Positions 8,471 through 17,914 of a DNA stretch of 64,000 nucleotides are shown one piece after another; within the stretch, counting starts at the first letter, position 1; each line of letters begins with the position of its first letter. The position numbers and the translations under genes are program-made. Under the pieces are notes generated by a model. That model was given only the letters and a program-made list of their open reading frames with translations. It ran no database searches and had not been told where the DNA came from. Source of the stretch: Deltaproteobacteria bacterium (lineage in GTDB: Bacteria; Bdellovibrionota_B; Oligoflexia; Oligoflexales; Bog-1112); the NCBI GenBank assembly GCA_016186945.1, contig JACPKR010000032.1:10198-74197 (forward strand), read 5' to 3'.

Positions 8471-10558
8471 ATGTCGCGATCATTTGTGTTTTGTACTTTT
8501 CTTTTCTCAATGCAAGCATGCACCCACCTATGGGCAGAAACGACAGAAAACCGTGGACGGGTTCTCAATTGGGAGCTTCGTGCGGATCAGATAACGGAAA
8601 GCTGCAAGGCTGCGCAGACCCATTTGACGGGGCAGGCAAACTCTCTTCTTGCAGGAGAAACGCCCTCAGTTTCTGTGACGCTCCTTGGGATGGACCGCGC
8701 TCTTACGGAATTTTCAAACGAGATAAGTCCTCTCGATTTTTACCGCCATGTTCTGAAAGATGCCAAACTTCAGGAAGCGGCCAAGCAGTGTTACGAGGAA
8801 AGTGAGAAACTTATCCTAGACATTTTCTCACGTCAGGACTTTTATGATGGGTTGAAGGCAATCAAGAATGAAAAAATGGTCAAAGATCTCGTGCAAGAAC
8901 GCTTGTTGGAGAAGTTTCTCTACCAGCTGGAAGCAAACGGGATGGGTCTCAAGCTAGAAAAAAGACAAACGCTTTTGGCGTTGAAAGAAGAACTGATACA
9001 GATCACGTCAAGCTTCGAGCAGGTCCTCAATAACTGGGAGGATAAACTCCATTTTTCCAAGTCAGAGTTGGAAGGTTTGCCAACAAGTGTTTTAGAGGGA
9101 TTGGAAAAATCAGATCAGCCCGGCAAAGACTTCGTTGTGACCTTGCAGTACCCACATTATTTCCCCGTAATGAAGTATGTAAAAAATCCCAAAGTTCGTG
9201 AAGAGGTTTACCGACACTTCAACCTGAAAGGCGGGGTTGAAAATAGGGACCGACTGAAACAGGCGGTAAGCATCCGACTTCAAATCGCCAACTTGCTAGG
9301 CTACAAGAACTTTGCTGAATTTAGCCTCAAGCAAAAGATGGTAAGGGACCCTGAGACAGTCCTCAGCTTCTTGGATGAACTGAAGGGTAAGCTGAAAAGC
9401 AGAACGAAAAAAGAACTGGCAAAACTTGGAACCTATAAGAAGAAGGAACACGGCAAATCCGTCGAAGGCCAGAAACTAGACCCCTGGGATATAGCCTACT
9501 ACGACAACCAGCTTGTGGAAACTGAGTACAAGGTGAACGAGGAGGAAATCAAAACTTACTTCCCTGTCGAGGAAAGCATCGAGCGCATGCTCGACATTTA
9601 CCAGACACTCATGGGTGTTGATTTTGTGGATGCAAAGGATGAGAAGACCTGGCACCCCGACGTCCGCTCGTTTCAAGTCGTCGATCGTGAAACAAAGAAG
9701 ATTGTGGCAAAATTCCACATGGACCTTTTCCCCAGGGAAGGGAAATACGGTCACGCTGCTGCTTTCACCCTTATCTCTGGTTATAAGAAGGAAGACGGCA
9801 ACTACGAAATGCCAATATCGTCGATCGTTGCTAATTTCAACAAGCCTACCGCTGAGCAGCCCGCGCTTCTTACTCATGATCAGCTTGAGACGCTCTATCA
9901 CGAGTTTGGCCACATCATGCATCAAGTTCTTACAACCGCACCCTATGGTTCCCTCTCTGGGACCAGCGTGAAGCGTGATTTTGTGGAAGCCCCTTCGCAA
10001 ATGCTGGAAAATTGGGTATGGGAAAATGAAATTTTGGGAAAAATCAGCTCCCACTATAAAACCGGTAAGCCGATGCCCTCAGATTTGATGGATCGTCTCA
10101 TCAAAACCAGATATGTGAATAGGGGCATTTTCTACTCAAAGCAGATTTTCTATGGGTCGATTGATATGGCCTATCATACCTTGAAGGACACTGACAAACT
10201 TGACACCACGAAATTATATAGGGACCTCTACGAGCAAATCAATTTCACTAAGCTTCCGAAAGATATTTACCCAGAGGCGTCCTTCGGTCACATAATGGGG
10301 GGATACGAGGCAGGTTATTACGGTTACCTGTGGTCAGAAGTTTACGCCCAAGACATGTTCACACGGTTCGCAAAGGAAGGACTTTTAAACCCGCAGACCG
10401 GCAAGGACTATCGCAGAATTATTGTTGAGCTGGGAGATACGAAGGACCCTATGGACCTCATCGTGAGTTTTCTGGGTAGAAAACCGAACAACGAAGCGTT
10501 TCTCAGGCAGTTAGGTCAGTGGAAAAAGATTGGATACAAAGCAGGGAAGGGTTCGTAA
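8471..10558 (+). CDS. M3-family zinc oligopeptidase (thimet oligopeptidase / Dcp-like), secreted or periplasmic
   Basis: HEFGHIMH zinc motif with downstream EAPSQMLENW. Length and overall pattern are typical of peptidase family M3. N-terminal signal-like MSRSFVFCTFLFSMQACTHLWA. Confidence 0.88.
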   Translation: MSRSFVFCTFLFSMQACTHLWAETTENRGRVLNWELRADQITESCKAAQTHLTGQANSLLAGETPSVSVTLLGMDRALTEFSNEISPLDFYRHVLKDAKLQEAAKQCYEESEKLILDIFSRQDFYDGLKAIKNEKMVKDLVQERLLEKFLYQLEANGMGLKLEKRQTLLALKEELIQITSSFEQVLNNWEDKLHFSKSELEGLPTSVLEGLEKSDQPGKDFVVTLQYPHYFPVMKYVKNPKVREEVYRHFNLKGGVENRDRLKQAVSIRLQIANLLGYKNFAEFSLKQKMVRDPETVLSFLDELKGKLKSRTKKELAKLGTYKKKEHGKSVEGQKLDPWDIAYYDNQLVETEYKVNEEEIKTYFPVEESIERMLDIYQTLMGVDFVDAKDEKTWHPDVRSFQVVDRETKKIVAKFHMDLFPREGKYGHAAAFTLISGYKKEDGNYEMPISSIVANFNKPTAEQPALLTHDQLETLYHEFGHIMHQVLTTAPYGSLSGTSVKRDFVEAPSQMLENWVWENEILGKISSHYKTGKPMPSDLMDRLIKTRYVNRGIFYSKQIFYGSIDMAYHTLKDTDKLDTTKLYRDLYEQINFTKLPKDIYPEASFGHIMGGYEAGYYGYLWSEVYAQDMFTRFAKEGLLNPQTGKDYRRIIVELGDTKDPMDLIVSFLGRKPNNEAFLRQLGQWKKIGYKAGKGS

Positions 10559-10818
10559 TCCTGGAACTCTATGTTCAACCAGCGGCCAAACGAACGGAGT
10601 GGGCTGGTGAACATGGAGGACGTTTACGTGTTCGTGTCGCCAGCCCCCCTGTCGATGGTGCTGCGAATGAGGCACTGATCGCGTTTGTGGCAAAGACCTT
10701 CGGGATCAAAAAGCGGGAGGTGACGATTCGCAAAGGCGAGTCGGCTCGACAAAAGACTCTCGCGTTGGCATCTGTGACTATCGAAGAAGCATGGGAGTGC
10801 CTTCCACACCTTAAATAG
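10519..10818 (+). CDS. DUF167 / YggU-family protein
   Basis: LELYVQPAAKRTEWAGEHGGRLRVRVASPPVDGAANEALIAFVAKTFGIKKREVTIRKGESARQKTL matches the YggU pattern. The start is uncertain: GTG 10519 overlaps the end of the peptidase gene. Confidence 0.7.
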   Translation: MEKDWIQSREGFVILELYVQPAAKRTEWAGEHGGRLRVRVASPPVDGAANEALIAFVAKTFGIKKREVTIRKGESARQKTLALASVTIEEAWECLPHLK

Positions 10819-12526
10819 GTATGGATACAGCTTCCCTCTTCAAGATCTGACTGATAGGACCCATGGAAACAGTGATATTTGAGGCTGCTGTCAAATGGAG
10901 GAAGCGTTTGACATGCCTTTCCAGCTCATGACTGCTGACGACAATGGTGATTTGAATCCCATGTTCCGAAAGTTGCAGCACCCCGCTTCGTAACGCTGTT
11001 AATCCCGTGATGTCGAGCATGGCAACGTCCGTCAAGTCGAGGATGAGCACTTCCAGATCTTTCGACACTTGCCCCAGGGACGACATAGCTTTGTGTGCGG
11101 CTCCGAAAAACATCGGCCCGCTGACGTGATAAATCTGGTAACGCGGGGGGAGTGTTGGGTAACTTCGCTTGCCACCTTTTTCGAGAGCAATCCCACCGGA
11201 AGTTAAACTAACCATTCTTTTCATGAAGAGAAGTGTTGCAAGGCCAAAACCTGTCAGCACCCCGGCTGTCATATCAATGAATATGGTTAGAAGGAAACAA
11301 CAAAGAAAGACCAACTTGTCGTCTGCGGAACCAAGCTGCAATATGCTTTTGACGTGCTTAATCTCAGACATGTTGTAAGCCACGATCATGAGTAAGGCAG
11401 CAAGGGAAGCCATGGGGACTAAGGAAATGAACGGTGCCATATACAGCATGGCTAATAGTATAAATAGCCCATGGACGACCGTGGATAAGGGACTCTTCGC
11501 CCCGAAGCGAATATTCGTTGCCGTACGAGCGATGGCCCCTGTTGCAGGAATTCCCCCGGCAAAGGGACAAAGCATGTTGCCAATTCCCTGCGCTAGAAGT
11601 TCAGCATTCGGTTCATGTCTGGTTCGTGTCATCCCGTCTGCCACGACCGCAGAGAGAAGCGATTCAATGGCCCCCAAAAGCGCGATCGTCAAGGCGGCGG
11701 GGAAAATATGAGTGATCAAATCCATCGACACAAATTGTCCCCCAGGAAAAAGCCAGTCCAAGCGGAGCAAAGGAGGGCCTGAGGGAATCCCTGCGATCAG
11801 GGTGTCGCCAACCTGAGTGGAAAACCGATTGGCAATCGTGGCGACCTGTAAGTTTGGATTCCACCACTTCAGCCCTTCCACCAGAAGGGTTGCCAACGTC
11901 AGCCCAATGATCGGCCCGGGCGTCTTCTTTAAGTAGCGGTTGCACAGAAAAATAACCACGAGCGTGAAGAAACCCACCAGAAATTCAGCTACGTTCAACA
12001 GTGGCGAATATTCCGCCAGTCGAATAACTCGCTCCCAATAATAGTGAGGCATTGAAGGAATCGGCAGTCCCATGAAGTCTTTGATTTGTAGAGTGAAAAT
12101 AACAACTGCAATTCCTGCGGTAAACCCCGTCACAACCGGGTGAGGGAGGAACTCGATCACCTTTCCGAGGCGGAAAATACTGAAGAGAATGAGCAGGAAC
12201 CCCGACAAAAACCCCGCCAAAAACAAGCCTTCGATCCCAAAGCGTTGGACAATGGGCACAAGGATGACAACAAAAGCCGCAGTAGGCCCGGTCACCTGAA
12301 ATTTCGAACCACCAAGCAGCGCACAAATAATCCCCCCGATGATGCATGTATAAAGTCCATGCTGCGGCGGTAAGTTGATCGCCACCGAAAGGGCCATGCC
12401 GAGCGGGATCGCTACTAGCCCAACAATAAGGCCAGATTTCAAATCGTGGAGGAAATGACTCGTCCCATACCCTTTACGCAGACTCTCACGAAGCGCCCAA
12501 AACACCAGACCACTCGTTTTTTTCAT
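10811..12526 (-). CDS. SulP-family anion permease with C-terminal STAS domain
   Basis: Polytopic SulP core (QVTGPTAAFVVIL, GGIPATGAIARTATN) followed by a STAS-like C-terminus. ATG 12526 (MKKTSGLVFW) is preferred over TTG 12556. Confidence 0.88.
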   Translation of the reverse strand: MKKTSGLVFWALRESLRKGYGTSHFLHDLKSGLIVGLVAIPLGMALSVAINLPPQHGLYTCIIGGIICALLGGSKFQVTGPTAAFVVILVPIVQRFGIEGLFLAGFLSGFLLILFSIFRLGKVIEFLPHPVVTGFTAGIAVVIFTLQIKDFMGLPIPSMPHYYWERVIRLAEYSPLLNVAEFLVGFFTLVVIFLCNRYLKKTPGPIIGLTLATLLVEGLKWWNPNLQVATIANRFSTQVGDTLIAGIPSGPPLLRLDWLFPGGQFVSMDLITHIFPAALTIALLGAIESLLSAVVADGMTRTRHEPNAELLAQGIGNMLCPFAGGIPATGAIARTATNIRFGAKSPLSTVVHGLFILLAMLYMAPFISLVPMASLAALLMIVAYNMSEIKHVKSILQLGSADDKLVFLCCFLLTIFIDMTAGVLTGFGLATLLFMKRMVSLTSGGIALEKGGKRSYPTLPPRYQIYHVSGPMFFGAAHKAMSSLGQVSKDLEVLILDLTDVAMLDITGLTALRSGVLQLSEHGIQITIVVSSHELERHVKRFLHLTAASNITVSMGPISQILKREAVSIPI

Positions 12527-12700
12527 GGAAATTCCCGGGTAAGTTTTTCTACTCAAAAGGAAGTCAAACTTTTCATATCATACTCGCTGTATTTTTCTCT
12601 CCCCAAGGGTATTTTGGACGGCGAGGTTTAATTCCTTGCCACTAGTGTCTGGCGTGATAGATTGCCGGAAGAAATTTTCAAGTCATCTGCGGAGAAAGTC

Positions 12701-13237
12701 ATGCTTAGGTCATTGGTTATTTTCATTCTTTTTGTTTGTCCTGTTCAGGGTTTGGCGGTTCACGAACCCTGTAACACATGGGAAGATTGGCGAGCGTTAC
12801 TAATTGTTGGTGACTACGAGTTTGGAAGAGAAGCTGCAAGGCGTTTTTTGGACTCTCTTCCCGATCAACAACGGAGATGTGTCATTGAGTCAACGAGAGC
12901 AGCGTACGCCAGAGGCGCGGAGTCTGAGGAGACCGCGGAGGCTGATGAGGGTATTGCGGGACCTGTTGCTACGGAGGAGTTGAGGGAACAAATGCTCAAA
13001 GAGGGCTTTAAAGAAAAGACGTACAAGAGTCCTCAGGGAAGGATTTGCTCCTATTTCATGAAACTTGGGTTAAGACAATGGGTTTGCCCTTGCGGGAATA
13101 GCTATGACAGAGTGAACTCTTTTGAGTATCATATTCTTCGCCACTTGGATGAGCGTCCCTATCGGTGTCAATGGTGTGAAGATGCCTTTTTTCAGGATTG
13201 TGACCGCAGGCGACATGAAAAACGCCAGCATCCATGA
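12701..13237 (+). CDS. Secreted protein with two tandem eukaryote-like (Krueppel-type) C2H2 zinc fingers
   Basis: ATG 12701 with GGAG 6 nt upstream. Signal peptide MLRSLVIFILFVCPVQGLA. Finger 1 is C-P-C-x12-H-x3-H. The 7-residue linker LDERPYR resembles TGEKPYx. Finger 2 is C-x2-C-x12-H-x4-H (CQWCEDAFFQDCDRRRHEKRQH). Confidence 0.75.
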   Translation: MLRSLVIFILFVCPVQGLAVHEPCNTWEDWRALLIVGDYEFGREAARRFLDSLPDQQRRCVIESTRAAYARGAESEETAEADEGIAGPVATEELREQMLKEGFKEKTYKSPQGRICSYFMKLGLRQWVCPCGNSYDRVNSFEYHILRHLDERPYRCQWCEDAFFQDCDRRRHEKRQHP

Positions 13238-13291
13238 CCTATTTGTCTTCGAGCAGGGCCTGTTCATATGAGAAAAGGTTAAGAGAATTTC

Positions 13292-13396
13292 CGTCATTGC
13301 GAGCGAATGCGAAGCAATCCAGGCTGAAATTTTCCCACCTTGTAAGCGGCAGACAACCTGGATGCTTCGTCGGGCTTCGCCCTTCTCGCAATGACG
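13292..13396. repeat. Long compound hairpin (~105 nt) downstream of the zinc-finger gene
   Basis: CGTCATTGCGAG...CTCGCAATGACG (12-bp perfect outer stem), with inner pairings GCGAAGC/GCTTCGC and ATCCAGG/CCTGGAT. One copy in the window. It resembles a palindromic repeat motif I believe I have seen in other bacterial genomes (unverified recollection). Confidence 0.7.
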
Positions 13397-13451
13397 TTGT
13401 TTTTTCTCATTCCATTCTCGCATGAACATACCCTGGTCTTCGAGGCCTCGC

Positions 13452-14444
13452 TTATCGTGGTCCGGCAGAATCTATCTTGCTTGTGAGCATCGTTTGGGCC
13501 TCTGATAGCAATGTTCCTAGGCTCTTGCATCGTCCTATGAGCGTATTGACGGGGACACGAAAGTGTTGAGCCGTTCTCGTTAAGTTGCCACATGTCTCCA
13601 GAAGTCCGGACGCGATGACGACAGCTTCAAACTCCCGAAGAAAATTACGCAGACCTTGCTGCTCAATTCGGTAACGAAAAGGGCTTCCCAGGAAGTGTTC
13701 CAGAAACCAGAAGTCTAATCCAGCGGCCTCGCCTCGCACGGCCAGAACATCGGTTTTGTCGATATAGGAGCGCCCGTGTTCTCTTGCACGCCATAAGCTT
13801 TGCATGACACAGTCTGCCAGTTCGGAAAATTCACCTGGCCAGCGCACAGTTAGAAACACCTCCATTGCTTCGGATGTGCAGGTAAAGTGGCCCCGTTTCC
13901 ATAGGAGTGTTGATATGATCAGCCGAATATCCTCAGGCCGATGCTCAAGCGGGGGGATAGATAGATGTTTCTGAAAGACTCCCAAATTTTCTCCAAGAGA
14001 GCGAAATGAACGTGTGGTGGCCAGCACCCGGACATCGGATGCATTGGCAATGAGTTGGGGAAATCGGACCCTGACTTTCTCGGGCAGTTTTTCCAGATTC
14101 CTTATCAGCAGTCCACAGCCCTTAGCGCGACGGAGGTGAGCGATCAGTTCTTTCTCACTGTTCAGGTACTCACCGTAAAGCCCGAAGATGGGAAGCCTAG
14201 AGCCGGTCATCTTCTTCCATGCTTGGATGGCAAGCGTTGCTTTACCACACCCTTGAGGACCGCTCACCACAAGGTGTCGCGGCAAATACAGACTTGGTTC
14301 CCATGTCAGCCTTCGTAGATGTCTACGGATCCCCTCATTGCAGGTCAAAAACTCTGCGCGAAGATCGAAAAAACGAGGGTGTAAGTGATTTATTCCTCTT
14401 GCAGCTCCTTTTTCCATCCCTGCAAACTCCTTCCGAGGCCGCAA
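13452..14444 (-). CDS. NtrC-family AAA+ transcriptional regulator-like protein (no receiver domain, degenerate sigma-54 contact region) with C-terminal Fis-type HTH
   Basis: Walker A GPQGCGKATLA, IPPLEHRPEDI (cf. IPPLRERxEDI), WPGEFSEL (cf. WPGNVREL), C-terminal GNLTRTAQHFRVPVNTLIGRCKSLG. No GAFTGA motif seen. Confidence 0.65.
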   Translation of the reverse strand: MRPRKEFAGMEKGAARGINHLHPRFFDLRAEFLTCNEGIRRHLRRLTWEPSLYLPRHLVVSGPQGCGKATLAIQAWKKMTGSRLPIFGLYGEYLNSEKELIAHLRRAKGCGLLIRNLEKLPEKVRVRFPQLIANASDVRVLATTRSFRSLGENLGVFQKHLSIPPLEHRPEDIRLIISTLLWKRGHFTCTSEAMEVFLTVRWPGEFSELADCVMQSLWRAREHGRSYIDKTDVLAVRGEAAGLDFWFLEHFLGSPFRYRIEQQGLRNFLREFEAVVIASGLLETCGNLTRTAQHFRVPVNTLIGRCKSLGTLLSEAQTMLTSKIDSAGPR

Positions 14445-14495
14445 GGACTACGCTGAACCTGAAGCTGCGTGATTTGTTGAGCTTTGTCAAGGACT

Positions 14496-14664
14496 TACAG
14501 GCACCTCCCACTTGGGGCAAGGAGGTGGTTTGGAGGAAACTGCGCAGCTGGTTCCTCCAAGAAATCCCTTGGGGGAGCGACCCTTCGCTTTGCTCAGGGC
14601 AGGCTTTTCCCTCGCCCCCCCAAACCCCCCTCTCACTTTTTGCCCCAAGTGGCTTACGCATTAC
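14496..14664 (+). mobile_element. MITE copy, long sub-family (extra CCCTTCGCTTTGCTCAGGGCAGGCTTTTCC insert); left end degenerate
   Basis: The right TIR TTGCCCCAAGTGGCTTACGCATTAC is intact and contains the stop codon (TAA, 14661-14663) of the adjacent gene. Confidence 0.8.
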
Positions 14665-15947
14665 CCTTCACCTAAATCCTTCGGGACAAAGCTCAAATGC
14701 AAAGCTTTTGCCTGATCGAAGGCTTCCTTGAGAGAGGCGGGGTAGAGCGTTGGACAGAAACCGTCGCCTCCACCTGCGTAGTAGCTTTGCATGCACGATA
14801 AGCCTGCTTGTCTATGCAAGCCAATCTGTTTGTAGATGCGATAAGAGTTGAAATCATCCAAGAAGGGTAATGCCAATACCAAACCCAAACCCAATGCAAC
14901 AACCGTTTTTTGTATAGATCCGAACTTGATTTCCTTAACAAAGCCCCACAATAGAACCCAAAACGGCAGCATGAAAATGAAACCTATCTCACCGTACCGA
15001 GAAGATTTCAAACCCAAGCTTGCACGAGCCAACGAGATGGCCCCCAAACAGGCCGTGATTCCCAAAAGTAAGACCAAGCTTGCCACCCACTGCCTTTGCA
15101 ATTCAGGTCTTCGCAAAATGCTCAGGAAGCGATGGAGAGTAAGGGGGATGGCCATGAGAAAGATGATGGCGCCTGGCAGCACATTTTGCTCGGTGTACCC
15201 AAATCCAAGAGCTAAGGTGTTGAAGAAGTGTTCCCAAAAAGGCCACATCCAAGGCCATACGAAAGCAGGATGCCCGGGGTTTTTTTGAAATCCTTTGAAC
15301 CACAAAAGGGAAGCCGCAAAAATGCTCAGCGCAGTTAATGTAAAAAAAAGAAACTCCCTTACATTCCTCCTTGATTGCAGAGCCATAAGCACGGAAGCTC
15401 CGCCAACAGCCCAACTGCAAATGACTCCGGAGCTAAAACTATAGGCACTCAACACGGCAAAAGCTGGGGATAACCACCGCCACTTGTCTGTTCGCAGCAG
15501 AAACACAGTGCTTAAAACGAAGAATAAGAGAAACAGGTGAAACTGACTCTGGAAACCCCAGAAATGATTTTCATGAGGGATTGTCGAAGCAAAGAGACAA
15601 AGAATGATTCCGCAAGGCGCTCCCGTGAAGCGTTGCAGGGACAAGACACTCGTGCTTGCCAACAGTACGTAAAGGACGTAGTTCAAAGCAATTTGCAGGG
15701 AAACATTCCAATCAAAGAATTTGAACATCATCCAAGTAATAAGTTTGGTCAAAGGAATCCGATGTTCATTGTGAAGTGCAAACAACCAGTCCAAACTTAG
15801 GGGAGATTGAAAAATTGTCGAGCGCAAGGGTTCCCATTCATCCCCAGCCGGCACATTCACACTGAAGGTGACGATATTAACAAACTGAATGGCCATGAGA
15901 AGCCAAGCAATACCGTAGAGACTTCGATTAACTAACGAACTGTGCAT
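14661..15947 (-). CDS. Polytopic membrane protein of the O-antigen locus (possible polymerase or GT-C-type transferase)
   Basis: 428 aa with >=10 predicted TM helices. It sits in an operon with glycosyltransferase, wzt and wzm. The family is not recognised with certainty. Confidence 0.6.
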   Translation of the reverse strand: MHSSLVNRSLYGIAWLLMAIQFVNIVTFSVNVPAGDEWEPLRSTIFQSPLSLDWLFALHNEHRIPLTKLITWMMFKFFDWNVSLQIALNYVLYVLLASTSVLSLQRFTGAPCGIILCLFASTIPHENHFWGFQSQFHLFLLFFVLSTVFLLRTDKWRWLSPAFAVLSAYSFSSGVICSWAVGGASVLMALQSRRNVREFLFFTLTALSIFAASLLWFKGFQKNPGHPAFVWPWMWPFWEHFFNTLALGFGYTEQNVLPGAIIFLMAIPLTLHRFLSILRRPELQRQWVASLVLLLGITACLGAISLARASLGLKSSRYGEIGFIFMLPFWVLLWGFVKEIKFGSIQKTVVALGLGLVLALPFLDDFNSYRIYKQIGLHRQAGLSCMQSYYAGGGDGFCPTLYPASLKEAFDQAKALHLSFVPKDLGEG

Positions 15948-17892
15948 GTTGTTGCTGACTTTCGAATTGCCCCTGCTTGGACCTTTCCAGGCTCTCCTTA
16001 CATTTACAGGGGCTGCTTAAACTTTTGCTGACTGTTTCCTGTAGCTTACTTGCGAGGTAAGAACGGAAGAACTTGTTGTTCAAATCTAAGGTCCAAAATC
16101 TATGGCGAATGCCTTTCGCTCCATATGTATCCAAACGAGGATTGTTATAGCTATCTCTTGCAAGCTGGGTTTTGTACTGATCTTGCAGATAGAAGCGCTC
16201 GAATTCCTCGATGGAAGCCTTTCCTCTGCTTTTCGATTCATAATGCTTCAAAACAGCGAAGGGCGTGTAAAGGTTCGTCAATCCTCTTTGTCTCAGGCGC
16301 ATACAAAATTCAACATCGCCATACACATTCGGGAGAAAGACCTCATCAAGCCCGTTCAGCTTCTCAAATTTTTCCCTCGATACCATGAGGCAAGCAGCCG
16401 TCACGGCTTCTACATCTCTTACAGTATTGAGCATGTCGCAATGGATGCGGCTGTCAGCTTTCTGGAAGACGCCCTCATGGTCTGCAATATTCTCTATGGA
16501 AAGCGCGATGCCCGCATGCTGAATACTCAAATCGTCGGGGTAAAGAAGCTTGCCCCCTACAGCACCCACTTCGTCGAACTGCGCTAACTGCAACATTTCC
16601 TCAATCCAATCGGGAGTGATGACCTCGGTATCGTTATTGAGAAAGAGAAGATAATCACCTCTTGCACGTTTGGCTGCTGCATTGATTTGTCGGCAAAAAT
16701 TGAAGGGAAAGCTATCCTTCACCAGCTGAAACTGTTCCTTATACAGAGAACGAAGCGTGTCATAGTATCCAAGGCACTCTGGTGATTCAGAACCGTTGTC
16801 GGATATGATGATTTCAAAATTTTTATATGTTGAAGTCTTCCAGATCGAATCAAGACAGGTTTTTAATGTCTGGACGTATTCTTTGCTGGGAATGAGAATA
16901 CTGACTCTAGGCAGAAGTTTGGGCAATTCATAGCGGATACGGTAGTGAAAGGTTTTGGGATCATAACTAACTGTAGCGAGACGTCCTTTTCTTTCCAAGT
17001 GCTGTTTGACTGCCTTTTCTCCAGCAATGGCGGCGTAAGGCTTTGCAGAAATCGAACTGGCGGTACTCTGAGGGTGAGCGCGCCATTGGTAAAGGCAGAA
17101 AGGGATGTGAATCACATTCGCTGATGATGCCTCGACAGCCCTTAACATGAAATCATGGTCTTGTGAACCTTCCAAACCCTCGCGAAATCCACCAATCTCA
17201 TTTGCCAGCGTTGTGCGGTAAATCGAGAGGTGGGTTGTGTAGTTTACGCTTAAATGAAAGAAGGGTGACCAGTTGGGTTTATAAAACGGCATACCAATTC
17301 GTTCACCGTCTTCTCGAATCACTCGCTCATCACTGTAAAACACATCGGCTTGCGGATACACATTATGGTAACGGACAAACTCGGCTAATGCGTTGGGATA
17401 CAGTCTGTCATCGTGATCCAGAAGGGCGATAAACTGACCTTTCGCCATGCCGAGGCAAGAATTAAGAGTTCGTGAGATATGCTGGTTTGTTGAATGAGAA
17501 GAAAATTTTATCTTATTTGGAAACCGTTTTGCAAATGCTTCGACGACTTCAGCTATCCATGGCATACCTGAAGAATCATCGACTATGCAAAGTTCCCAAT
17601 TTCCGTAGATCTGGGCGCAAGCACTTTCCAGGCATTCTTCCAGGTGATGTCGTTGGGGGCGAAACACAGGAATCAAAATACTCACCAACGGCTTCCGAGG
17701 CCAATTGCCAACATATCCGGCGAGTGTCTGATAATAGGAATTTGCAAAACGGTTAGTTTCCCTTTCATTCACCGAGCGAATATAGGGCAGTACTCCGTAG
17801 AATTGCGTCGTATACTTATGTGCATGTTCGAGAAACTTAATGATGAGATAGACGCTCTTTCGTAAAAGCCGACCTAGAAACTCTGTTTCCAT
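15928..17892 (-). CDS. Bifunctional family-2 glycosyltransferase (two GT2 domains)
   Basis: Two GT-A modules: VSILIPVFRPQRHHLEECLESACAQIYGNWELCIVDDSS and VSILIPSKEYVQTLKTCLDSIWKTSTYKNFEIIISDNGSE. ATG 17892 (METEFLG) is preferred; 17955 would overlap wzt by 41 nt. Confidence 0.8.
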   Translation of the reverse strand: METEFLGRLLRKSVYLIIKFLEHAHKYTTQFYGVLPYIRSVNERETNRFANSYYQTLAGYVGNWPRKPLVSILIPVFRPQRHHLEECLESACAQIYGNWELCIVDDSSGMPWIAEVVEAFAKRFPNKIKFSSHSTNQHISRTLNSCLGMAKGQFIALLDHDDRLYPNALAEFVRYHNVYPQADVFYSDERVIREDGERIGMPFYKPNWSPFFHLSVNYTTHLSIYRTTLANEIGGFREGLEGSQDHDFMLRAVEASSANVIHIPFCLYQWRAHPQSTASSISAKPYAAIAGEKAVKQHLERKGRLATVSYDPKTFHYRIRYELPKLLPRVSILIPSKEYVQTLKTCLDSIWKTSTYKNFEIIISDNGSESPECLGYYDTLRSLYKEQFQLVKDSFPFNFCRQINAAAKRARGDYLLFLNNDTEVITPDWIEEMLQLAQFDEVGAVGGKLLYPDDLSIQHAGIALSIENIADHEGVFQKADSRIHCDMLNTVRDVEAVTAACLMVSREKFEKLNGLDEVFLPNVYGDVEFCMRLRQRGLTNLYTPFAVLKHYESKSRGKASIEEFERFYLQDQYKTQLARDSYNNPRLDTYGAKGIRHRFWTLDLNNKFFRSYLASKLQETVSKSLSSPCKCKESLERSKQGQFESQQQHAQFVS

Positions 17893-17914
17893 AACACGAA
17901 TTAACGTACGTTTG

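Noticed and set aside
9476-10054. Long antisense or alternative-frame ORFs inside large genes. Examples are 9476..10054, 9615..9971, 16102..16587, 11985..12347, 14848..15288, 37284..37889, 41696..42190, 43781..44305, 58306..58680 and 59310..59585.
   Set aside because: Each is fully embedded in a gene with a clear family assignment on the other strand or frame. They lack SD sequences and have low-complexity or odd composition.
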